Source of the DNA: an uncultured Bacilli bacterium
GTDB lineage: Bacteria > Bacillota_I > Bacilli_A > RF39 > UBA660
Length of the DNA: 64,000 nt
Assembly (NCBI GenBank): GCA_944329355.1
Contig: CALVID010000002.1
Coordinates: forward strand, 2,928-66,927
Direction: 5' to 3'
In this document: piece after piece, positions 19,957 through 30,307 of the stretch
How positions within the stretch are numbered: the first letter of the stretch is position 1
Layout of the letters: every line of letters starts with the position of its first letter
Made by a program: the position numbers and the translations under genes
The notes under the pieces: generated by a model
The model's database searches: none
What the model saw: the letters and a program-made list of their open reading frames with translations, nothing else
Told to the model about the DNA's origin: nothing

Positions 19957-20466
19957 TTACCTCCTATTTTTTAATAATTTATCAAAAGGTCTAATAATTA
20001 TATTAGCAATAGCGGTGATAATATACGCAAAGTAACTCATTAATATTAAAATTATATAATAAAATGCTGTGTTATCGAAGATTATATCAGCATAATGGTA
20101 GCTTATATAGTCTAAAACAAACCAAATGTTAACACCTAAATAAATTAAAGTGATTGCGATCATTCTTAATACCATTTGCTTATTTATTTTTAATTTGTTT
20201 TTCTTTTTAAAATCAAGTAAAAACATTAGTGTATAAAATATTACTGTACACGAACCAACTATTTTCAAATTAAAATTAACAGCAATTATGATTAAAATAA
20301 TTGATAATAATTCTTTGTTTAAAAAGGTTTGTCTATAGTTTGTGAATATCCATGACCAATATTTTTTAATATCATATTTGTTTTTTTGTAAATTAAACAA
20401 GGTTTGTTTATACTTTATTATATTAAAACATATATATGTAGAAAGTGATATATAAAAGAATATCAT
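19957..20466 (-). CDS. integral membrane protein
   Basis: 169 aa with about 4 predicted TM helices. Overlaps asnB-like (ATGA-type overlap) and abuts murE. Confidence 0.5.
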   Translation of the reverse strand: MIFFYISLSTYICFNIIKYKQTLFNLQKNKYDIKKYWSWIFTNYRQTFLNKELLSIILIIIAVNFNLKIVGSCTVIFYTLMFLLDFKKKNKLKINKQMVLRMIAITLIYLGVNIWFVLDYISYHYADIIFDNTAFYYIILILMSYFAYIITAIANIIIRPFDKLLKNRR

Positions 20467-22226
20467 TTTGCACCTCCAAAGAAAATCTCATACCAAAGTA
20501 AGAAAATATATATTGTCCAAATTTTACGGCTATTATCTACCTTACCGTTTTTATGATTATCTAGTAGTTTTATTATTTTTTTTGTATTAAAGAATTGTTG
20601 ATCTTTTACAAATAAAGCTTTTATTTGTTTATAGATATCTTCTTCTTTAATCCATTCACGAATTGGAACTGGAAATCCTAATTTTTTCTTATTTGATACT
20701 TTATCTTCTAACACTTCGCCAGCAATATCTCTAAAGATTTTTTTTGTTTTAAATTTATCAGTTTTAAATTCAGTAGGTAAACCTAAGGCATAATCAATAA
20801 GTGGTCTATCTAAAAATGGTACACGCACTTCTAAGGAATTAGCCATACTCATTTTGTCAGCTTTCAATAAAATATCTCCTATTAACCAAAAATTAAAATC
20901 AATATATTGCATCTTAGTAACTTCATCTTTATCTTTTACTTTTTCATAATATATTTTTGTTAAATCTTGAAAACCTTTGGTTTGGCGTTTATGTTTTATT
21001 ATTTTACTAACTTCTTTATTATTAAATATGAATGCGTTGCCGACAAATCTATCTTCAAGTTTTTTTCCTCTCCTTATTAGAAAATTAATACCTCTTTTAT
21101 GTGGAAATACACTAGCTATTTTACCTATAGTAAATCTAATTGGATAAGGAATTTTATAATACCAACTATCAGTTAGTGGTTCTTGATATATATTATATCC
21201 TCCAAATATTTCATCAGCACCTTCACCAGACAAAGATACTTTGACGTTTTCACTAGCTATTTTTGTTACAAAATATAGAGCAATTGCGGATGGATCTGCT
21301 AATGGTTCATCCATATAATATAAGATGTTAGGCAGATTTTTGAAGTATTCTTCTTTAGTTATTGTTTTGTTTAAATTTTGTGTGTTAATTTTACCTGACA
21401 AGTCTTTGGCGTAACTAATTTCACTATATTTTTCATTATTAAAACCAACTGTAAATGTTTTATCTACATCACTGCTAGCAGCAATAAAAGATGAATCTAC
21501 TCCACTTGATAAAAATGACCCAACTTCAACATCACTAATTTTATGAGCTTTTATAGAATCTGATAAACGTTCTTTTATACCATCTTTCCATTCTTCATAA
21601 GTTTTGGTGGTATCTTCTTCAAACTTTATTTCATAATATTTTTTTATTTCTAGTTTGCCGTTTTTGTATTTCATATAATGACCCGGCATTAATTTATATA
21701 CGTTTTTAAAAAATGTTTCTTCTCCTGGTGAATATTGAAAGGTTAAGTAATATTCCAGCATTTTTGTATTTAATTCTTTTTTAAAATGTGGATGAATCAA
21801 AAAACTTTTTATTTCAGAGCCAAATATTAAGGTGTTATCCATTTTGGCATAGTAAAATGGTTTTATACCATAAAAATCTCTAGCGGCAAACATTTCTTCT
21901 GTTTTTATATCATATATAACAAAAGCAAACATTCCTCTTAATTTATCTAGTAATTTTTCTTGCCATTGTTCATAGCCGTGAAGCAATACTTCAGTGTCTG
22001 TTTTAGTAGAAAATGTATGACCGCATTGAATTAATTCTTCTTTTAAAGATTCAAAGTTATAAATCTCTCCATTAAATATAATTACTTTTGTTTTATCCTC
22101 ATTATATATTGGCTGTGAGCCACTTTTTAAGTCAATAATACTTAATCGTCTAAAACCTAAGGCAATGTTTTGATCTGTATAATAACCTTCAGAATCTGGT
22201 CCTCGGTGAGCTATTAAATCTGCCAT
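20463..22226 (-). CDS. asnB: asparagine synthetase B-family amidotransferase lacking the N-terminal Cys nucleophile
   Basis: HRGPDSEGYY, FNGEIYN, LRGMFAF and the PP-loop SFLSGGVDSS match AsnB. The ORF starts about 30 residues later than canonical MCG... proteins (see finding). Confidence 0.8.
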   Translation of the reverse strand: MADLIAHRGPDSEGYYTDQNIALGFRRLSIIDLKSGSQPIYNEDKTKVIIFNGEIYNFESLKEELIQCGHTFSTKTDTEVLLHGYEQWQEKLLDKLRGMFAFVIYDIKTEEMFAARDFYGIKPFYYAKMDNTLIFGSEIKSFLIHPHFKKELNTKMLEYYLTFQYSPGEETFFKNVYKLMPGHYMKYKNGKLEIKKYYEIKFEEDTTKTYEEWKDGIKERLSDSIKAHKISDVEVGSFLSSGVDSSFIAASSDVDKTFTVGFNNEKYSEISYAKDLSGKINTQNLNKTITKEEYFKNLPNILYYMDEPLADPSAIALYFVTKIASENVKVSLSGEGADEIFGGYNIYQEPLTDSWYYKIPYPIRFTIGKIASVFPHKRGINFLIRRGKKLEDRFVGNAFIFNNKEVSKIIKHKRQTKGFQDLTKIYYEKVKDKDEVTKMQYIDFNFWLIGDILLKADKMSMANSLEVRVPFLDRPLIDYALGLPTEFKTDKFKTKKIFRDIAGEVLEDKVSNKKKLGFPVPIREWIKEEDIYKQIKALFVKDQQFFNTKKIIKLLDNHKNGKVDNSRKIWTIYIFLLWYEIFFGGAK

Positions 22227-22375
22227 TTTTTTTATGTTTTCTGTTTTATCTTTTTCGTTGTTAATTTATCCTTCAAATTCTTTTATTTTTCTTTCTCCTT
22301 TAGTATATTGGTCATATTCATTTTATCATATATTTGTTTTTTTTTAAAGAAAAAGCTCAAAGTTGTCTTTGGCTT

Positions 22376-23344
22376 TTATCTATCAATTATAACAGTTCTT
22401 GTTAGTATATCTTTTATCGTTTGCTTTTTTGGAGTTATAAGGGCTAATAAGAATCCTAAAGTAATAATATCTAAAAACATTATTAATTCTCTAGCAAACG
22501 CAGTAATAAACCCAATAACTTCACCTTTTAAATTTACTAATTTTATATGCATAAAACTTTTACCAAAGGTTGAGCCTGATTTACTTTCAGAAAATGGAAA
22601 ATAAAACAAAATAACAACAAGGCATACAATATATTTGGCATAATAAATGGTATCAATGATTTGATCTGAAAATTTTTGGGATTGTATTATATCGAATAAA
22701 GCCAAAATACCATAACAAAGTATCCCTATAATAAATACATCTAATACAAAAGCTACTAATCTTTTCAACGGACTAGCATATATTAATTTATCGTCTTCTT
22801 TCATAAGCAATTTGTTTGCTACAAAGGTATGGGCTATTTTATCATTTAACGCTTGTTTCGTTGGAGGAAATGCAGCTAAAAGAAAACCAATTCCCAATGT
22901 CAATATATTTAAAATTTTAGTGATATTTCTAATTATGGCTTTTGGAAATGTTATAGGGTTTTCATATTCATCAGTAACTTCTATATTTAAGATATACTTA
23001 CCTAAAGAACCATGCCATGATGTTCTTTCACATGTGCTATTATATAAAATATAAAGGGGAATATATATAAATATTCCATAGTATAAATTTTGTAATGTAA
23101 TTGGCATAAAAAAATGATCAATGGCAATTAAAATAAAATAAGTAAATATGATAAGAACAAAATTATCAAAAAGACCAGCTACTAATCTTTTAACAAAGCC
23201 TGCATATTTTTCATTTTCAAGATAATTTTCTTTGTTTACTTTTGTAAAAAAGCTATTAATTTCGTTAAAATTATAGTTACAATAAGGACATGTTTGAGCG
23301 TTTTCTTCAACCATTCTACCACATTTAGGACAACCTTTATTCAT
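22376..23344 (-). CDS. zinc-ribbon + double RDD-domain membrane protein
   Basis: N-terminal CPKCGRMVEENAQTCPYCN, then two repeats of the RDD-family pattern (AGFVKRLVAGLFD... and ASPLKRLVAFVLD...). Confidence 0.6.
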   Translation of the reverse strand: MNKGCPKCGRMVEENAQTCPYCNYNFNEINSFFTKVNKENYLENEKYAGFVKRLVAGLFDNFVLIIFTYFILIAIDHFFMPITLQNLYYGIFIYIPLYILYNSTCERTSWHGSLGKYILNIEVTDEYENPITFPKAIIRNITKILNILTLGIGFLLAAFPPTKQALNDKIAHTFVANKLLMKEDDKLIYASPLKRLVAFVLDVFIIGILCYGILALFDIIQSQKFSDQIIDTIYYAKYIVCLVVILFYFPFSESKSGSTFGKSFMHIKLVNLKGEVIGFITAFARELIMFLDIITLGFLLALITPKKQTIKDILTRTVIIDR

Positions 23345-23418
23345 TGTTTCACCCCTTTATTATGATTATATCATTGTTTACATAGTATTAAAACAGAAAA
23401 AGTAGATTTTATTCTACT

Positions 23419-24114
23419 TTAATTTGATTTTATTTTTTTGATATAAGAATGTATTTTCCCAGCCCATGCTGTACTAGCAGCATATTTTTTGTTCATTTGT
23501 TCTGGGGTAGTTAAACCTTTATCGTAATAATTAGTTTTTAAGTTAAGCATAAAACCATATATTCCTTCATCTAAACTGTTAAATTTTTTATAAGATGTTC
23601 CATTACAACTTGGTCCACCTTTCATACCACCAACATTATAACATTGTCTTACTTGAGTACTACATTTATAATTACAACCTGTTTCGTGTAAAACTATAGC
23701 AACAGCTAAATATGGATCTATGCCCATATCTACAGCATATTTGGCAAAACTCATACCAGTTCCAGATATAGTTGATTTTAAAGAACGATTTAATTTTTCG
23801 GCCAATTCATTTAAAGTCATTCCGTCATATACAATTGGTTCAGCTTGAGGCTGTGGCTGGGGTTGTTCAACTACTGGTTCTACTTGTTTTACTGGTTCTT
23901 CAGTAGGTGTCGGTTCGACTGGAGTACCCGATTCATCTTTTGGATGTACTACGGCAACTTCATTATTATTTGCAACTGTGGTTTCTGTTTGTGTTTCTCT
24001 TTTTGTTTCTGTTTCTAAACTTTTGGTCGTATTAGCACTCATTAAATAAGGTAAAACAAAAGATAATAATACTCCAAAAACTACAATTCCTGTTACTTTT
24101 GTGGTCGAATTCAT
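23419..24114 (-). CDS. secreted GH73-like (glucosaminidase-family) cell-wall hydrolase
   Basis: Signal/TM segment, a Pro/Glu-rich linker, and a C-terminal domain VLHETGC...NVGGMKG...FNSLDEGIYGF. This resembles the E-[TS]-G ... N-x-F-G-x-K ... S-x-E-x-S-I pattern of GH73 enzymes. Confidence 0.55.
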   Translation of the reverse strand: MNSTTKVTGIVVFGVLLSFVLPYLMSANTTKSLETETKRETQTETTVANNNEVAVVHPKDESGTPVEPTPTEEPVKQVEPVVEQPQPQPQAEPIVYDGMTLNELAEKLNRSLKSTISGTGMSFAKYAVDMGIDPYLAVAIVLHETGCNYKCSTQVRQCYNVGGMKGGPSCNGTSYKKFNSLDEGIYGFMLNLKTNYYDKGLTTPEQMNKKYAASTAWAGKIHSYIKKIKSN

Positions 24115-24239
24115 TTACATCTCTCCTACTGTTCTGATAATAATTTTATCACAATATGTTTTTAGCGTCAAATTCATGTATAATTGTTAATTTTTTATAA
24201 TTATGACTTGACGAATAGTACAAAAAAAGAAGCAAAAAA

Positions 24240-25070
24240 TCATTTTGCTTCAATTTCATTCATATAAGATCTAACTTGAGATGCCCAAGTACTACTAGCA
24301 GCGTATTTTGGACCTATAGTTTCAGGGGTAGTTAACCCTTGAACATAATAGTTTTTATATAAATTAGTCATAAAAGCTTTGATACCTTCATCTAGACTAG
24401 AGAAAGCTTTATATGATCCACCATTACAACCTGGTGATCCTTTCATACCACCAACATTATTACACTGTTTTAATAATGTGGAGCAATTCCATTTACAACC
24501 TGTTTCGTGTAAAACTATAGCAACGGCTAAATATGGATCTATACCAAGTTCTGTAGCATATTTAGCAAAGCTTTCACCTTTTCCTGATAAAGTTGAATTT
24601 AATGATCGATTTAGTTTTGCAACTAATTCATCATATGAAATACTATTTCCATAATTCGCGGTTAATTCTTTGGCTTTAGCATCATTTTCAGCTTTTTCTT
24701 GGGCCAACCTAGCTTCTTCAGCTTTACGTCGGGCTTCTTCAGCTTTTTTCTTTTCTAATTCCAAAGCTTTTTTACGAGCTATATTTATTTGTCTTAATTC
24801 TTCAATGTCAATTTCAATTTTTAATGAACTTACATTTGAATGTAATTGTTCATTCATTGGTTCAATTTCTAATTTTTTTATATTCAAAGGTGTTTCTTGT
24901 TCATCACTGACAATAGTGCTTTTTAAAAGATTATTTTCAGTCATGAATGATAATTTTAATGATTTTAGGGTCTCTGCCCTTACAATAGTAGGCTTTAAAA
25001 AAGCTGATACTATCATTAATATGATTATGGCCAAATTGGCCTTAATCGATTGGTTTGTTTTCATTTTCAC
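24240..25070 (-). CDS. secreted GH73-like cell-wall hydrolase (paralog of 23419..24114)
   Basis: The C-terminal ~140 aa are nearly colinear with the neighbouring gene (DPYLAVAIVLHETGC...NVGGMKG...SLDEGI...GLTTPE). The N-terminal part is a charged coiled coil. Confidence 0.55.
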   Translation of the reverse strand: MKMKTNQSIKANLAIIILMIVSAFLKPTIVRAETLKSLKLSFMTENNLLKSTIVSDEQETPLNIKKLEIEPMNEQLHSNVSSLKIEIDIEELRQINIARKKALELEKKKAEEARRKAEEARLAQEKAENDAKAKELTANYGNSISYDELVAKLNRSLNSTLSGKGESFAKYATELGIDPYLAVAIVLHETGCKWNCSTLLKQCNNVGGMKGSPGCNGGSYKAFSSLDEGIKAFMTNLYKNYYVQGLTTPETIGPKYAASSTWASQVRSYMNEIEAK

Positions 25071-25107
25071 CCTCTCCTGTTACTTCCAAAATCAGAAAAC
25101 AGGCCTT

Positions 25108-25136
25108 ATTCTAACACATTTCAGCATATGCGTCAA
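25108..25136 (-). promoter_or_regulatory. candidate promoter of the 24240..25070 gene
   Basis: Minus-sense TTGACG (25136-25131), 17-bp spacer, TAGAAT (25113-25108). Confidence 0.4.
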
Positions 25137-25247
25137 ATTGAGTCGATTTTTGTCGTAGTTGGTTTTTGGCGATTACCCTTTAATTATAAGGTTAAAACCT
25201 CCTCACTATTATTATATGGCTGAGAAGATGAATTTTATACATTTTAA

Positions 25248-25324
25248 TGGTCGGGAAGACAAGATTTGAACTTGCGATCTCTACGTCCCGAACGTAGCGC
25301 TTTACCAAACTAAGCTACTTCCCG
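25248..25324 (-). tRNA. tRNA-Pro (anticodon CGG)
   Basis: 77 nt, CGGGAAGTAGCTTAGTTTGGTAAAGCGCTACGTTCGGGACGTAGAGATCGCAAGTTCAAATCTTGTCTTCCCGACCA. It folds into a cloverleaf with a 7-bp acceptor stem, anticodon loop TTCGGGA, T-loop TTCAAAT and an encoded CCA. Confidence 0.93.
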
Positions 25325-25334
25325 AGAAAGAAAT

Positions 25335-26789
25335 TTATTCTTTAATATCGATAAATTTCTTTAATTCTTCTTTTTTATATGGTTTATCATAGTTACTAAT
25401 CCATATTTCTATACTACTTTTATTATTGATGGGATAATACATTTTAGCTGTATAACTATAATTTAATGCAGTGTCTTTACAACTTTCCTCTATGCTAAAT
25501 GATTTAACTGTTTTACTCTTTATTATTAATTCAAACTCTTCATAATTATATTTGCAATTTTCTTTTTCAGTTTCTTTATCAAATTCTATATCATTTTTAT
25601 AATGTTCATCTATATTATTGTAACTATTATCTAAATATCTATAGTGAATGTAATCTTCATTTTCCAAATCAGCAGACATTGAATCGCTATCTTTGGTTAA
25701 TTTATAATTTCTTGGAATATTAAAAGTAACGCTATTGTTACCTTCACCTAAAGTAAATCCTTTAGCCTTTAAATTATAATCAATATTATCTATATAATAC
25801 ATTATTTGATCGCCCAATTTTGATTTTGGCAGCCATAATATTAGCATATTTACAAATATTATTATAACGATAGCTATAGTAGAAACTGCAATAATTATTG
25901 TTCCATTGTTTAAGCCCGTTTTCTCATACTCAAAAGTTTCTTCACTTAGCCATTTACGATATAAATTGACTAATGAACTAGCCAAGTATGGTATAAAGAT
26001 AATGTATATTAGTACTAGGACAAATAAACTTATTATAAGTCCATAAATATTCATACTAATAATTGAAATAAGTAATATGATTAAGGCGGATAAATATAGA
26101 ATTATATATGGAGCAAAGCTTAATAATAGTCCATAATACTCTATTCTATGGCCCTTTATCAAGTATATTGCTTCATTCCATAATCTTATTACTTTTTTGT
26201 CTTCTGTTGGTATGTTGCTATCCATTAATTGAATTATAGTGGTTGTAAAAATTGGTAATACTAAAATAAAGCAAATTATTAAAGCTATATTAAATATTAT
26301 TAAAAACGGAAGAATATATAGTGCTATAAGTGCTATTCTCAATATTATATATATAGCGATTAATATTACTATTAAAATTTTAAATGATGCCTTGAATGAT
26401 TTTATATATATATTTAAAATATTTAATTGTTTTTTTCTTGAAATATCTAAAGCAACGGCAAATATACCAATATTTCCAAAAACATATAACAAAAAGGTTA
26501 GTATAATAGTTATAAATGTGAGAAAAGAAGACATAGTGTCTATATTAAGTTTGTATATTAATATAAAGTCTATTATATATATTAAAAATATAGACAAAAT
26601 TATAAATAGATTGACTCCCACTAGCTTTTTTAAAGTATTTTTTTTCACAAATGATTTTATACCTTTTCTTTGTTTCGAATCTTTCCAAGCGTTTTTTACT
26701 TGATTTCTTAATGGTCGTATTTCTTCTCCACAGTGTGGGCAATAAGTATCTTTTTTATTTGTTTCAAAATTACAATTAGGACATCTCAT
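25335..26789 (-). CDS. zinc-ribbon polytopic membrane protein
   Basis: MRCPNCNFETNKKDTYCPHCG, followed by multiple TM helices and a C-terminal soluble domain. Function unknown. Confidence 0.5.
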   Translation of the reverse strand: MRCPNCNFETNKKDTYCPHCGEEIRPLRNQVKNAWKDSKQRKGIKSFVKKNTLKKLVGVNLFIILSIFLIYIIDFILIYKLNIDTMSSFLTFITIILTFLLYVFGNIGIFAVALDISRKKQLNILNIYIKSFKASFKILIVILIAIYIILRIALIALYILPFLIIFNIALIICFILVLPIFTTTIIQLMDSNIPTEDKKVIRLWNEAIYLIKGHRIEYYGLLLSFAPYIILYLSALIILLISIISMNIYGLIISLFVLVLIYIIFIPYLASSLVNLYRKWLSEETFEYEKTGLNNGTIIIAVSTIAIVIIIFVNMLILWLPKSKLGDQIMYYIDNIDYNLKAKGFTLGEGNNSVTFNIPRNYKLTKDSDSMSADLENEDYIHYRYLDNSYNNIDEHYKNDIEFDKETEKENCKYNYEEFELIIKSKTVKSFSIEESCKDTALNYSYTAKMYYPINNKSSIEIWISNYDKPYKKEELKKFIDIKE

Positions 26790-27376
26790 TTTATCAACTC
26801 CAAATGATTTTCAACTTGGTTTTCTAAGTTATTAGTGTTTGTTGATGTAATACTTTCTAAGGAGACTATATAAGCTGTATCCTCTTTTATAGTGGTATAC
26901 ATACTAGCTTTTTCCTTTTCGTTTGCACATTGATATTTTACCCATCTGGTATTTTTTATGTTTTTATCGAACTCTTTTTCACAATTAGTTTTAGCAGTTG
27001 ATTTTAATGTAAGTTCTAAAGCTTTCAAGTAATCATTAAAATTTAAATGTGTATTTTTTTGTATGATTACACCTATCATAATATCTTCTTTTTTAGAAAT
27101 ATAGGCTTTATCATAATTTGCTTTTATTTTTTCTTCATAATCGTTTGGAATATATACTTTTACCCCTTTCATATTGACTAGTTGACCTGTATTTTTAAAT
27201 ATTATGTAGCATATGATCGCAAAAATCAACAGTAATACTACTAATATAATAATTATATTATGGTTTTTTACTGTTTCTATTTTTTTGTTTTCTACCATAC
27301 TTCCTATTATATTTCCACAATTTGAACAAAATAAAGCTTTTTCTTTTATTTCTTTTCCACAAGTATTACATTTCAT
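26786..27376 (-). CDS. zinc-ribbon single-pass membrane protein
   Basis: MKCNTCGKEIKEKALFCSNCG, one TM helix and an extracellular domain. Overlaps the downstream gene by 4 nt. Confidence 0.5.
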   Translation of the reverse strand: MKCNTCGKEIKEKALFCSNCGNIIGSMVENKKIETVKNHNIIIILVVLLLIFAIICYIIFKNTGQLVNMKGVKVYIPNDYEEKIKANYDKAYISKKEDIMIGVIIQKNTHLNFNDYLKALELTLKSTAKTNCEKEFDKNIKNTRWVKYQCANEKEKASMYTTIKEDTAYIVSLESITSTNTNNLENQVENHLELIK

Positions 27377-27401
27377 TATTACACCTTCTTATAATAAAAG
27401 C

Positions 27402-28019
27402 TTATTTAACACTTTCTAAATAAGCTATATATACTGTTTGTTTTGTATTATCATTTTTTGTACATGTAATCATTGTCAAAGTTTGTTTTGTCGTATCCCT
27501 ATAAATTGTAACATTACCATCTTTTGTTTCATTATATATGTTATCTATTTTATATGTATATAAGTGTCCTTTATATTCTACTTTAGCAATATCTCCCACT
27601 TTTAATTGATATAAATTTTTAAAATAGGCTATTCTAGTAACTCCGGAATGGGCGACTAAAATAACATTACCGTTTTTTTCGTCCGGATAGTTGGATGGAG
27701 CTAAAAAAGTTAAATTTTCACTTACATTATTGTGCTGGTTATTTTTGTCATAAAAACCTTGTTGTAAGTTTATCTTATCAATAGTTAATATTCCTAAATA
27801 TCCATTAGGATTAGGGGTTGGAATATATGGGTCTTCTTCGGATGTACTTTCGAGATTTTGAGGAGTATTATCGTGAGCCTCATTATATAATGATATACTT
27901 ATTTTTTGATAGGCTCTATCTTTTTTACCTTTTAAATAATCTGCAGAGATAATTAGTAGGCCACCAATAATTGCAATAAAAGCAAGAATTACTATTGCTC
28001 TATTACTAAGTTTTGACAT
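27402..28019 (-). CDS. sortase-family transpeptidase
   Basis: N-terminal membrane anchor, catalytic His context ILVAHSG, and TLTMITCT matching the sortase TLxTC Cys motif. Start at ATG 28019 (RBS GAGGAGG). Confidence 0.75.
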   Translation of the reverse strand: MSKLSNRAIVILAFIAIIGGLLIISADYLKGKKDRAYQKISISLYNEAHDNTPQNLESTSEEDPYIPTPNPNGYLGILTIDKINLQQGFYDKNNQHNNVSENLTFLAPSNYPDEKNGNVILVAHSGVTRIAYFKNLYQLKVGDIAKVEYKGHLYTYKIDNIYNETKDGNVTIYRDTTKQTLTMITCTKNDNTKQTVYIAYLESVK

Positions 28020-28079
28020 ATCTTTTACCTCCTCTTTGATACTATTAAAGTATAACATAAATATATTTTTATGTCTATT

Positions 28080-28106
28080 TTAGCACTCTCACTTGACAAG
28101 TGCTAA
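28080..28106 (+). promoter_or_regulatory. CIRCE operator (HrcA binding site)
   Basis: TTAGCACTC-N9-AAGTGCTAA matches 17 of 18 positions of the consensus TTAGCACTC-N9-GAGTGCTAA. It overlaps the clpB promoter. Confidence 0.85.
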
Positions 28107-28121
28107 AAGAGGTGATATAGT
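28093..28121 (+). promoter_or_regulatory. sigma-A promoter of clpB
   Basis: TTGACA (28093-28098), 17-bp spacer, TATAGT (28116-28121). The -35 element lies inside the CIRCE spacer. Confidence 0.55.
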
Positions 28122-28175
28122 TATAATGTATCTTTTTTATAAAGATTAATTTTGAATGTAAAGGAGGTTATATAT

Positions 28176-30296
28176 ATGAATCAAGAACAGGCTTATCAAG
28201 AAAATTTACAAAATGTTTTAGAAAAATATGGTAGAGATATTACGGAGGCTGTGCGTGATGGGAAAATAGATCCTGTTATTGGTAGAGATGATGAAATTCG
28301 CTCTATTACACGTATTTTATCTCGTAAAACTAAAAATAATCCGGTTTTAATTGGTGAACCTGGTGTTGGTAAAACGGCTATTGTGGAAGGCTTAGCTCAA
28401 AGAATTGTTAAGGGTGATGTCCCTAATAGTTTGAAGGATAAACATATTTGGGAACTTGATATGGGATCTTTGATTGCTGGGGCCAAATATAGAGGTGAAT
28501 TTGAAGATAGATTAAAAGCTGTTTTAAAAGAAGTCAAAGATTCTGATGGTGAAATTATCATGTTTATCGACGAGATTCACATGATAGTTGGTGCGGGTGC
28601 TTTGGAAGGTGCTATGGATGCTGGTAATATGCTTAAGCCTATGCTTGCCCGTGGGGAAATTCACTGTATTGGTGCAACTACTTTAAATGAATACCGTAAA
28701 TATATTGAAAAAGATGGCGCTTTGGAAAGAAGATTTCAAAAAGTATTAGTTTCTGAACCTACTGTCCTTGATACAATTACTATTCTTCGTGGATTAAAAT
28801 CTCGTTTTGAGGTTTATCATGGTGTTACTATTAAGGATAAGGCTTTGGTGGCGGCTGCTACTTTATCTGATAGATATATTACTGATAGATTTTTACCTGA
28901 TAAAGCTATTGATTTAGTGGATGAAGCTTGTGCGACTATTAAGGTGCAGTTGGAATCTGTTCCTACGTCTTTGGATACTTTGACTAGAAAAATTATGCAA
29001 TTAGAGGTTGAAAAACAGGCTCTTAAAAAAGAAAAAGATGAGTTTTCTAAAAATAGAATTAAAGAAATTGACGATAAACTTACTGAACTTAAAGCTAAAG
29101 AAAAGGATTTAAGGGATGCTTGGGAACATGAAAAAGAAATTAATTCTTCTATTAATCATAAAAAGGAAGAAATTGAGAAAGCTAATCATGATTTGGAGTA
29201 TGCTGAATCTAAATATGATTTAGAATCAGCGGCTAGACTTCGTCATGGGGTTATTCCTTCATTAGAAAAAGAACTTGAGTCTTTAAAGAAGAATAATAAG
29301 AATTCTATTTTAAGTGATGTAGTTGATGATGAATCTATTGCAGCTATTATTTCTAAATGGACTAATATTCCTATTAGTAAACTTGTGGGAACTGAAAGAG
29401 AAAAACTTCTTCATTTGGAAGATAATTTGAAGAAAAGGGTTAAGGGTCAAGATAAGGCTATTCATTTAGTTAGTGAGGCTATTATTAGAGCACGTGCTGG
29501 AATTAAAGATCCTAATAGACCTATTGGTTCATTTATCTTTTTGGGTCCTACTGGTGTTGGTAAAACTGAAGTGGCTAAATCTTTAGCATATGAACTTTTT
29601 GATGATGAAAGACATATGGTTAGAATAGATATGAGCGAATATATGGAACCTCATTCTGTTGCTAGATTAATTGGTTCTCCTCCTGGATATGTTGGTTATG
29701 ATGATGGTGGACAGTTAACTGAGGCTGTTAGAAGAAATCCATATAGTATTATTTTATTTGATGAAATAGAAAAGGCTCATAGAGATGTATTCAATATTTT
29801 ACTTCAAATTTTGGATGATGGTAGAATTACTGATTCACAGGGTAGAACTGTTGATTTTAAAAATACAATTATAATTATGACCTCTAATTTGGGTAGTGAT
29901 TATATATTGGAAGGTCATAAGGATAGTAGTGATATGGTTATGAGTGAACTTAGAAGAACGTTTAAACCTGAATTTATTAACCGTATTGATGAGATTATTA
30001 TATTTAATTCTCTTTCTAAAGATGTTGTTTATGAGATTTTGGATAAAATTATCTCTGAAATTGAATATAGACTTCGTGATAAGAAATTAACTTTGAATGT
30101 TACTGAAAAAGCTAAAAAATATATTATTGAAAATTCTTATGATGAAAAATATGGGGCAAGACCTATTAAAAGATATGTCAGCAGAAATATCGAAACTTTG
30201 ATAGCTAAAGCTATAATTAATGAGGATGTTAAGTTTAACTCTACTGTTACTATTGATATTGATAACGATAAATTCATAATAAAAGGAAGCGATTAA
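28176..30296 (+). CDS. clpB: ClpB-type AAA+ disaggregase lacking the Clp N-terminal domain
   Basis: Two AAA modules (GEPGVGKTA... and GPTGVGKTE...) with a long coiled-coil M-domain between them. The protein begins immediately before [28 protein letters not shown], which is the start of NBD1. RBS AAGGAGG lies before ATG 28176. Confidence 0.9.
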   Translation: MNQEQAYQENLQNVLEKYGRDITEAVRDGKIDPVIGRDDEIRSITRILSRKTKNNPVLIGEPGVGKTAIVEGLAQRIVKGDVPNSLKDKHIWELDMGSLIAGAKYRGEFEDRLKAVLKEVKDSDGEIIMFIDEIHMIVGAGALEGAMDAGNMLKPMLARGEIHCIGATTLNEYRKYIEKDGALERRFQKVLVSEPTVLDTITILRGLKSRFEVYHGVTIKDKALVAAATLSDRYITDRFLPDKAIDLVDEACATIKVQLESVPTSLDTLTRKIMQLEVEKQALKKEKDEFSKNRIKEIDDKLTELKAKEKDLRDAWEHEKEINSSINHKKEEIEKANHDLEYAESKYDLESAARLRHGVIPSLEKELESLKKNNKNSILSDVVDDESIAAIISKWTNIPISKLVGTEREKLLHLEDNLKKRVKGQDKAIHLVSEAIIRARAGIKDPNRPIGSFIFLGPTGVGKTEVAKSLAYELFDDERHMVRIDMSEYMEPHSVARLIGSPPGYVGYDDGGQLTEAVRRNPYSIILFDEIEKAHRDVFNILLQILDDGRITDSQGRTVDFKNTIIIMTSNLGSDYILEGHKDSSDMVMSELRRTFKPEFINRIDEIIIFNSLSKDVVYEILDKIISEIEYRLRDKKLTLNVTEKAKKYIIENSYDEKYGARPIKRYVSRNIETLIAKAIINEDVKFNSTVTIDIDNDKFIIKGSD

Positions 30297-30307
30297 TTTT
30301 GCTTCCT

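Noticed and set aside
22308-22604. A 98-aa + strand ORF at the asnB / RDD-protein intergenic boundary.
   Set aside because: Most of it overlaps the 3' end of the RDD-domain gene on the opposite strand. It has no RBS and a membrane-like low-complexity translation.
25071-25247. I looked for a c-di-AMP (ydaO-type) or other riboswitch upstream of the GH73-like hydrolase gene, since such genes often carry one.
   Set aside because: None of the conserved GC-rich ydaO elements are present. A plausible promoter (25108-25136) leaves only a ~35-nt leader.
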